A stretch of 44,392 bases of DNA, counting the filler, from an uncultured Methanosarcinales archaeon (GTDB lineage: Archaea; Nanobdellota; Nanobdellia; Woesearchaeales; JACPBV01): the NCBI GenBank assembly GCA_964492935.1. It is 12 parts of 12 records of this genome, joined end to end, with 100 filler letters (N's around TTAATTAATTAA, not from the genome) between each part and the next. Parts side by side here need not be neighbours in the genome. Positions count along the whole stretch, not along the records: positions 1 to 6,366 come from CAZBLF010000042.1; 11 more parts are not named here. One strand, 5' to 3'. Positions 1-6,466 of the stretch are shown one piece after another. The notes under the pieces were generated by a model. That model saw only the letters and a program-made list of their open reading frames with translations, was not told the origin of the DNA and ran no database searches. The position numbers and the translations under genes are program-made. Each line of letters starts with the position of its first letter. The first letter of the stretch is position 1.

Positions 1-163
1 CGATGTTAAATACAATAAAATTTCCATTTCTTAGACGATAAAAACGGAGGAGTTCAGTGCTACGCACATATAGTCTCCTTCGGAGAAATTTATTTTTAAT
101 TGGGGGAGTTCTTAACTAATTTGGGAGTTCCTAAAATCTATGGAGGGGGCAAGAAACAATTAA

Positions 164-172
164 ATTTATTAA
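164..172 (+). promoter_or_regulatory. Archaeal TATA box for ORF 197-943
   Basis: TTTATTAAC about 25-33 nt upstream of ATG 197; no SD, so probably leaderless. Confidence 0.45.
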
Positions 173-196
173 CATTAGAAGAATATCTATTAAAAA

Positions 197-943
197 ATGG
201 TACTAAACTGGTTTTTCAAAGATGAATTTGAACAGTTTTATAGCCGAGTTGAGAGACTACAAAAATTTCTCAGAATCGTTGACAAAGAACTACTTATTGA
301 CCATTTTGTAGAATTACGCAGACACTTCAGACAAATAAAAAGAATCCTGCCAAAACTAAATCGTCTATACCAAGAAGAACTTAAAACTGTTGAACATATT
401 CCAGAATCGGGCTACAAAGAAAAACTCAAAAAATTCTCCGTTGATTTAGAGAAAGAACTGAGTGACTTAGAAAACTGGGTAAATAATGCGCTTGCTCTAG
501 TAGCGGAAATCCTCAAAATAAGAGTATTGACACAAGTACAAGAACAAAAGCAGAAACTTAAAACAATAATCAATCATATTACCAATATCTTAATCAAAGC
601 ACAACGAGATGCTTTTGAGTTAGTCAAATTAGAGATAGCTTGGAAAAAATCAATCAAGAAAGCACATAAAAAGCCAATCACAAAAATATCAGTCGTTGGA
701 AAACTCAATAACGGTTGGCGTTTGAGTGATATTCAAAGTGTCGTTATTGATCTGGGTGGAGTTGTTGAGCCAAATCCTGGAGGCACACATCCATACAAAA
801 TTGTATTTTCCGGACATCGTTCAATTCCTTTAGCAGAATCAACTCCGCCATTTATACTCGTGAGAGAAATCAGTTCAGCAACTGGAACGGATAATAAAAT
901 TCTGATAGTGAGTTTTTCTCAGGGAGAATTAGTCGCTGCTTAA
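197..943 (+). CDS. Hypothetical protein: N-terminal coiled coil plus C-terminal HicA-like domain
   Basis: 248-aa ORF; heptad-rich N-terminus; C-terminal GGVVEPNPGGTHPYKIVFSGHRSIPL resembles the HicA G-S/T-H beta-hairpin pattern (by eye). Confidence 0.6.
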   Translation: MVLNWFFKDEFEQFYSRVERLQKFLRIVDKELLIDHFVELRRHFRQIKRILPKLNRLYQEELKTVEHIPESGYKEKLKKFSVDLEKELSDLENWVNNALALVAEILKIRVLTQVQEQKQKLKTIINHITNILIKAQRDAFELVKLEIAWKKSIKKAHKKPITKISVVGKLNNGWRLSDIQSVVIDLGGVVEPNPGGTHPYKIVFSGHRSIPLAESTPPFILVREISSATGTDNKILIVSFSQGELVAA

Positions 944-1303
944 ATATTTGCTTCTGAAAGCCTCATATTCTCTCCTTTTCCTTGCTGATACAAATGGCAA
1001 TAACGGGCCCATATCCTGTAAATTGCCCGCTTCATCACATAAAAGATAAACCTTGTCTTCTCCAGCTTTCATTCTTTCTAAATCCTGAGCATAAGTGTCT
1101 TGGTTAAAAGTAATAAGAACTTCATTTCCTTGCCCAGCAATGGTTCGAAATGCTTCTTTAACAACTTCAACTTCCAGCTGAGAAAGCGAACTTAAATTAA
1201 CTTCAGAATCTCCTATTGCTGTCTGTAATTGACTTCTCAAATATCGTAAGCTTTGATGTTGTTCATTATAAAATTTTAGTTTATCTTTTGGAATTTCTTT
1301 CAT
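929..1303 (-). CDS. Hypothetical protein, convergent with and overlapping the 3' end of ORF 197-943
   Basis: 124-aa ORF; TTTTTAAATA TATA-like box on the minus strand at 1329-1338. Confidence 0.65.
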   Translation of the reverse strand: MKEIPKDKLKFYNEQHQSLRYLRSQLQTAIGDSEVNLSSLSQLEVEVVKEAFRTIAGQGNEVLITFNQDTYAQDLERMKAGEDKVYLLCDEAGNLQDMGPLLPFVSARKRREYEAFRSKYLSSD

Positions 1304-1669
1304 GTTATATTGAATAGAAAATCATACCTATTTAAAAAGCTTTGGTTCATTTACTACCAAACAATAGTATTTCTGTTTCTCGCCTCCCTTAAATTCATGT
1401 TCTCAAAGTATGCTGACGCTCAAAAGAAAGAACGGAACTCCCCTTAATGTACTAACTAAAAGAGCCTTCGGCTAGGATAAAACAAACTCCCCCCTGCTAC
1501 TTGTTCTTGATGTAACGCTTCGCTTTCTAGATAGAACTGAACTCCCCCGGTGCTTCGCACATATACACTCCCTGCGGTCGAATTAATGGGAAATGGAAAT
1601 TTTACTTCTTCGCTCCACTTCGTTCCGCTCGACCACGTTGCACTCTCCCTACGCTTCGCTTCGGTCGGG

Positions 1670-1752
1670 GTATTTAACAGCGATTATCCGGAAAATCCCT
1701 TGCAGGAATTTTCCCAAATTGGCTACGCCAACTTCGCATAGTTGCGATGTAA
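1670..1752 (+). other. attC-like recombination site with branched terminal structure
   Basis: R''-like ATTTAAC (1672-1678); GCGATTAT pairs with ATAGTTGC (two G:T); inner hairpins GGAAAATCCCT-TGC-AGGAATTTTCC (1690-1714) and TTGGC-TAC-GCCAA (1719-1731); ends GATG|TAA. Confidence 0.65.
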
Positions 1753-2289
1753 AGAGACCATCGAATCACCGTGTGCACCTAAGACCATGCCCGTAACCGA
1801 ACTAGGCGAAACCTTTAATTCAGCTGCAATGAAATTGCGTAAGCGAGCACTATCCAAAACACCAGCCATCCCCACAACCTTTTCCTTAGGCAAACCAGAC
1901 TTCTTCAAAAACAGGTACGTCATCACATCTAAGGGATTAGTAACAATAATACAGATAGCGGAAGGAGCATGTGACTTCACAGATGCTGCAATCGAAGACA
2001 TAATGGAACTATTCTTCGCAAGCAAATCCTCCCGAGACATACCAGGTTTTCTAGCAAGTCCAGCAGTAATCACGATGAGTTCGCATCCAGCAAGACTACT
2101 ATAATCAGTACTGCCCGTTATCGTAGTATCAAACGGAAAAAGAGGACTACAACACATCATATCCAATGCCTTACCCACAACAGCATCATCGATATCAATC
2201 ATCACGATTGAAGAAACAATATTCTTTGAAGCGAGAATAAAAGCCGCAGTAGCACCTACCTGCCCTGCACCAACGAAACCAACTTTCAT
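1750..2289 (-). pseudogene. mdh: Malate dehydrogenase (LDH-like MDH), 3'-truncated after about 180 aa
   Basis: GAGQVG Rossmann motif, GLARKPGMSREDLL, NPLD, GMAGVLDSAR, GAHGDSMV. Homology stops at Leu codon 1752-1750, immediately at the attC-like site; normal length is about 310 aa. Confidence 0.85.
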
Positions 2290-2355
2290 GATCGCAGGCA
2301 AGATACAAAATATTTAAATCTATGGATTTTTATATAAAATGAAGATCCTCAGTAC

Positions 2356-2619
2356 ATGTCTAAATGCCCTGAAGAAAAAATATATAGCTTATCAGAAGCA
2401 AGGAAGATTGCCAATATCTCAAAGAGACTTGCAGAAACCATAGATCATGTAGTGAGAAGGGGATATCCGCTGCATACTATACCCAGATTGCTGGACCAAA
2501 TGACCGAATACCCCGATGTCTTTAGACCACAAATCATACCGTATCTTCATAGATTACAAGAAAACGGTAGAAAAACGTATAACCTAGAAAACTTTCTAGG
2601 TAGCACGCACCTAGATTAA
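2356..2619 (+). CDS. Hypothetical protein
   Basis: 87-aa ORF with TTTATATAA box about 25 nt upstream; stop abuts the stop of the convergent gene. Confidence 0.55.
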   Translation: MSKCPEEKIYSLSEARKIANISKRLAETIDHVVRRGYPLHTIPRLLDQMTEYPDVFRPQIIPYLHRLQENGRKTYNLENFLGSTHLD

Positions 2620-2826
2620 CTACCAATCAAGTCCTTCTAAGTCTGCTACAACCGCATCCAAATCATCAGCAAGCTCTTCGGCTAAAACGGCATTTTCCTC
2701 AGTGTCAGAACCTACCTGATTAACAAGAGCATCGCCACTTCCACTATCTGTAGCAGGTTGAGTTTCTTCAGGAACTGCACATCCGACAATAAATAAAAGC
2801 ACCAATACTGCTAGGATTCTTTTCAT
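2620..2826 (-). CDS. Small acidic lipoprotein
   Basis: MKRILAVLVLLFIVGC lipobox-type signal; overlaps the stop of the upstream gene (ATGA). Confidence 0.7.
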   Translation of the reverse strand: MKRILAVLVLLFIVGCAVPEETQPATDSGSGDALVNQVGSDTEENAVLAEELADDLDAVVADLEGLDW

Positions 2827-4310
2827 TCTGCATCCTCCTCCGATTCTTCGGAATCTTCCTCTTCATCCTCAACCAGTTCCTCATCCTCAGCACCCTCTAA
2901 GGTAGCATCGTGCTCTCGCAACCCATGGGAAATCTCCACCAACACGGAATGCGCCTCCTTAAGCTCAGACTGTGACTGCTTGTGCAACTCCTTCGCTTTT
3001 CGAATCATCTCACTCAAAGCATCTCGTTCCTCTGCAGCTACAGTAGATCCCCGTTTCGAAGCAACTTCATCCAATAACGCAACCGATTGCTCATGCAATG
3101 ATTTAGCTTCGGCAACATGCCCACTAAACGTTTCAACTAAAGTATCCAAATCCTCGACCGTTACTTCGGATTCCTCAATCCGTGCAAGAACCTTCTCCAA
3201 TTTGACCTCAAGCTGACGAGCTCGTACAATCGTTGCTTTTGATTCTGCAACAACCACACGCGCCGCACCTGCCTTTGCAACATGCGAAATTCTTTTCCAC
3301 ACCGAAGCAATTTCTTTGGCAGCCGCTCGCAATTCTTCTTTCGTAGTAGCCGCATCTGCAAGCACTAGCGCCTTAGTAACAGACCCAGCCGCATCCGTAA
3401 GTTTTGCGACTAACTCAGCAGCACGCTCCTCTTCAATTAGGTCATTCTCCTCAATCTTGGAAAGGAGCTTCTCGATATGATTCAATATACGCTCACCAGA
3501 CTTTGCAACATGCTCCTTAGCCTTGGCTAGAATCTCCTCTTCAAGTGCATCACAATCCTCAGTACATTCAGCAAGTTTCTTCTTAACATCCTCAAACACC
3601 TTTCCACGATCCTCGCCCTCAGTTTTCAAAGACTCATACCTGACTTTAGCCTCCTCATAGCGTTTCCTAGCCTGTTCTAGTTTATCAGCCGCGACATCAC
3701 GTTTCTTGACCAGGTCGTCAGCTCTCATAATCTTCAAACGAGAAATCTTCTCCTTTACTGCAGCAGCATCCTCTGATGCAAGAATTCGCTTAGCGTGTCC
3801 ACGATCAAGCTGAGCTATCTTCCGAAGCTCATCGGTAGTAAACTCATCCTTTGTAAACGCAAATGCCCGACGAGCTCTTCCTGTATCAGAGATGTGCTCA
3901 TCATCCATACGAGGAGAACATTTCTTTCTACAATCTTCCTTTTCAACTCCACTCTCAACACATTTCTCTAAACAAGTATCAACTCTAGCTGCAATAGTAA
4001 CCGGAACCGGTCTAGCCTCTCGAGTAACATGCGTATCAATATCACATTTTTTAGCACAATCCTCTTTCCCAACACCAGAATCTAAACATCTATCCATACA
4101 ACTCCGTTCACTAATAAGAACAGGCTTAGGAACCGACCTTGCTTCACGTGTAACCTCATCAGAACCAGAATCATCCTTGACATCATCAGAACTAGTAGTT
4201 CCATCACCCTCCTTTGTAGCATCAGAATCTTTACTCTCATCAGCAACCACAAAAGAAACAGAAGAAACCACAAACAACATAACCATCAATAACACGAAAA
4301 CTTTTTTCAT
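2823..4310 (-). CDS. Secreted coiled-coil protein with two Cys-rich repeats
   Basis: Signal peptide; CxxxC-x9-CxxxC repeat twice, each preceded by VTREARxVP; long helical region; acidic tail; GAGGTGA SD; homologous start at 44240. Confidence 0.85.
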   Translation of the reverse strand: MKKVFVLLMVMLFVVSSVSFVVADESKDSDATKEGDGTTSSDDVKDDSGSDEVTREARSVPKPVLISERSCMDRCLDSGVGKEDCAKKCDIDTHVTREARPVPVTIAARVDTCLEKCVESGVEKEDCRKKCSPRMDDEHISDTGRARRAFAFTKDEFTTDELRKIAQLDRGHAKRILASEDAAAVKEKISRLKIMRADDLVKKRDVAADKLEQARKRYEEAKVRYESLKTEGEDRGKVFEDVKKKLAECTEDCDALEEEILAKAKEHVAKSGERILNHIEKLLSKIEENDLIEEERAAELVAKLTDAAGSVTKALVLADAATTKEELRAAAKEIASVWKRISHVAKAGAARVVVAESKATIVRARQLEVKLEKVLARIEESEVTVEDLDTLVETFSGHVAEAKSLHEQSVALLDEVASKRGSTVAAEERDALSEMIRKAKELHKQSQSELKEAHSVLVEISHGLREHDATLEGAEDEELVEDEEEDSEESEEDAE

Positions 4311-4383
4311 TCAAATCACCTCAAAGTTGATATCTAAGGTAACCAGTATTCTCTATTTAAAAACTTTTGTAACTTCTACCGAA

Positions 4384-4734
4384 TTAAAAGCTACCAAAAA
4401 GAGCTCGCAACCGAGTAACGATCTGTACAGGAGCATTCATAATAAGTTCTTCAGTAAACCGAATCACCCGAATCCCATCCCAACCACAACTAATATCCTT
4501 AAAATGATCCTTCCACGCATTCCGATGCCAATACCTTCCATCAGCTTCTAAAGCAATCTTTCGAGAAGGAAAATAAAAGTCAAAGATGCGAACAGAACCA
4601 TTACTCAACAGTTTCTTGTATTCACAATAAAAATCCTTACCCTCAACAAACCCCAACGAAAGCAAAAAAGACAACATCTTCCTTTCCAATAGAGTACGCT
4701 TCCCCAACCGAGAACTAAAACTACCGTATCTCAA
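4384..4734 (-). CDS. DUF559 / Vsr-like (very-short-patch-type) endonuclease
   Basis: DFYFPSRKIALEADGRYWH and GIRVIRF motifs; close homologue at 43834-44178. Confidence 0.8.
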   Translation of the reverse strand: MRYGSFSSRLGKRTLLERKMLSFLLSLGFVEGKDFYCEYKKLLSNGSVRIFDFYFPSRKIALEADGRYWHRNAWKDHFKDISCGWDGIRVIRFTEELIMNAPVQIVTRLRALFGSF

Positions 4735-4925
4735 CCTTTACTCCACCACCTACCTCATACGCAACACAACCTCTTCTATTAAACATTCATGAAACACCTC
4801 AATTTCCAAAAAAATGATGAAACCCATGCATAATCCCTTTCTCTCGGTGCGTTGCAGCCGCATCCACCAACGGAAACGAATATGAGAGCCTCACACAAGG
4901 AAAGTTAAAAATTGAGGTGAAAACC

Positions 4926-5153
4926 ATGAATAAAACAAAAATAGTGAATTTAGTCGAGAGAGATTTTACGACTCTCGCAAACCTTGAGCGCAGCATTCAG
5001 TTTGCGATCAACTCGAGGAAAGGTAGGCAATACCAATACAAGGTAATGCATGCTGCCTTTAAGCGCACGTGTGATATTCTTCTGAAGAGAAGAAAATACA
5101 TTGCGAAACAGCTCGGTCGCAGACTAGAGCTGATAAAAGACCCTTCAGAGTAA
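4926..5153 (+). CDS. Small basic hypothetical protein (75 aa)
   Basis: GAGGTGA SD at 4914-4920 before ATG 4926; K/R-rich; convergent with the recombinase. Confidence 0.6.
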   Translation: MNKTKIVNLVERDFTTLANLERSIQFAINSRKGRQYQYKVMHAAFKRTCDILLKRRKYIAKQLGRRLELIKDPSE

Positions 5154-5165
5154 GGGTCTTTTTTA
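5133..5165. terminator. Bidirectional hairpin between convergent genes
   Basis: AAAAGACCCTT-CAGAGT-AAGGGTCTTTT with A/T tracts on both sides. Confidence 0.6.
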
Positions 5166-6041
5166 TTCCCCCAGCAGAGCAGGAATACCTTTCGTATGAA
5201 AATCATGCGGCAACCGAGCATAATCCAAAGTCGTCTTGCGATCAGCATGCCCCATCAATTTCTGGATAGTATCGACATCAACACCTTTCTGCATGAGATG
5301 CGTAACACAACTTGCACGCATCATATGAGGATACACGTGCATATGAATACCGGCTTTCTTAGCTGCAGTATCAACAAGTGCTTGCGCAGTTCTTCTTGTA
5401 AGGTGTCCACCAAAGCTGTTCTCAAACAAATAGACAGATGAGCGTTTTCGGGAAGCCAAATAAGACCTCATATCCGAATACAATCGAGCAGGCAGCGGCA
5501 CATACCTATCTTTATTCCCCTTTCCACGATAAATAAACAACAATCGAGCAACATCATGGATATGACCTACCTTAATCTTAACACATTCACCAACCCGAAT
5601 CCCCGTTTCATACAACAATCGAATCAACAATCGATGTTTCTCCGATCGAGTACGATTAATCATCATCCGAATCTCCTCAGTGGCCAACACCCGAGGCAAA
5701 CTCCTAGGAATCTTCGCCCTCTTAACACCAACAAACAATTTCTTCCCCATGAAACCGCTAAAATAAGATTTCAATGCACTCACTGCAAGATTAACAGTAC
5801 GCTCCTTTTTGTGCCGATCCAATAGATGAAGAAGATACCTCCTAATATCCGCAGAAGTAACAAATTTAGGCTGCTTCTTTACAAAATCCATAAATTTACC
5901 CACAGTCCAAAGATAAGAATCAATAGTATTTCTACTAAACCCCTGTAAACGCAAGTCATCCACAAAACCCGCAAACCTCTCCTTCAACCTATCCTTTTGT
6001 CTAATTCCCTTTTCTCGTTTTACCTGATGAAATGTGTTCAT
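5163..6041 (-). CDS. Tyrosine recombinase, XerA/XerD-like (292 aa), copy 1
   Basis: N-terminal SAM-like domain (LRLQGFSRNTIDSY); catalytic R (GIRVGE), K (GKGNK), HxxR (HMMR), GH and Y (TTLDY). Start moved to ATG 6041 using the GAGGTGA SD and conservation with copy 2. No IntI-type insertion. Confidence 0.92.
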   Translation of the reverse strand: MNTFHQVKREKGIRQKDRLKERFAGFVDDLRLQGFSRNTIDSYLWTVGKFMDFVKKQPKFVTSADIRRYLLHLLDRHKKERTVNLAVSALKSYFSGFMGKKLFVGVKRAKIPRSLPRVLATEEIRMMINRTRSEKHRLLIRLLYETGIRVGECVKIKVGHIHDVARLLFIYRGKGNKDRYVPLPARLYSDMRSYLASRKRSSVYLFENSFGGHLTRRTAQALVDTAAKKAGIHMHVYPHMMRASCVTHLMQKGVDVDTIQKLMGHADRKTTLDYARLPHDFHTKGIPALLGE

Positions 6042-6077
6042 TCCAATCACCTCATACATATATGACGAAGAACTCAG

Positions 6078-6116
6078 CTTATATACCCTGCGCCCGCATC
6101 TGGCAAGTGGCAAGTG
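6078..6116 (-). promoter_or_regulatory. Recombinase promoter: TATA box plus tandem CACTTGCCACTTGCCA motif
   Basis: GGGTATATAAG and CACTTGCCACTTGCCA are conserved in copy 2 (42902-42912 and 42874-42889). Confidence 0.55.
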
Positions 6117-6134
6117 CAACATGATTTTGCCGCC

Positions 6135-6238
6135 TTAACACCTTTCAAGCAAGAATTTAGCCGTCTCAGACTGGACACTGCCAAATGGCAAGTGCCCCTG
6201 AAACACCAAAACAGCGCTTAAAAGATGTTAAATACAAT
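6135..6238 (+). other. Recombinase-proximal foldable attachment site (attI-equivalent), copy 1
   Basis: TTAACACCTTTCAAGC (6135-6150) pairs 14/16 with GCTTAAAAGATGTTAA (6216-6231); central hairpin GGACACTGCCA-AA-TGGCAAGTGCCC; GTTAAAT at 6227-6233. Confidence 0.65.
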
Positions 6239-6312
6239 TTTTGAAAATGCCTAAGAATAGAAAGGGGGCTAGACTTTCCACAATTTATATAAAACCTAAA
6301 GTTTTGAATATT

Positions 6313-6349
6313 AATGAAGCTCCCAGCCGCCCCAAGGGGCGGGGTATCT
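6313..6349. mobile_element. GC-rich hairpin resembling an IS200/IS605-family or palindromic-element end, at a contig break
   Basis: AATGAAGCTCCCAG-CCGCCCC-AA-GGGGCGG-GGTATC; the contig ends 17 nt later. Confidence 0.35.
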
Positions 6350-6366
6350 AGTTAAAGCTTGCAAGC

Positions 6367-6466
6367 NNNNNNNNNNNNNNNNNNNNNNNNNNNNNNNNNN
6401 NNNNNNNNNNTTAATTAATTAANNNNNNNNNNNNNNNNNNNNNNNNNNNNNNNNNNNNNNNNNNNN
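6367..6466. other. Artificial contig linker (first of 11)
   Basis: N-run/TTAATTAATTAA/N-run; also at 12825, 19278, 25018, 29718, 32305, 34814, 36943, 38977, 40817 and 42612. Confidence 0.99.

Larger units (their letters stand above)
5..1749 (+). mobile_element. Putative gene cassette (integron-like unit) carrying two convergent genes
   Basis: Starts GTTAAATAC (5-13, GTTRRRY), the exact reverse complement of GTATTTAAC (1670-1678, RYYYAAC) that opens a terminal attC-like hairpin. The same CGATG precedes both ends (1-5 and 1745-1749). GATGTTAAATACAAT (2-16) recurs next to the recombinase (6224-6238). Confidence 0.7.

Noticed and set aside
1550..1796. Short ORFs 1550-1741 and 1593-1796
   Set aside because: They run through structured non-coding hairpins and overlap mdh antisense; likely spurious.
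5163..6041. Calling the recombinase a canonical integron integrase (intI)
   Set aside because: It lacks the IntI-specific insertion between patches II and III; no symbol assigned.
6042..6122. N-terminal extension of the recombinase in the ORF track
   Set aside because: It covers the TATA box and SD and is not open in copy 2; the true start is 6041.
1..6366. Contig 1 as a closed circle through the 15-nt repeat at 2-16 and 6224-6238
   Set aside because: The sequences diverge right after the repeat and the contig continues 128 nt further, so it is not a terminal overlap. A larger circle remains possible.
6367..6466. TTAATTAATTAA repeated 11 times within N-runs
   Set aside because: Artificial six-frame-stop linker. 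Adjacency across linkers has no biological meaning, and ORFs running into X are partial.
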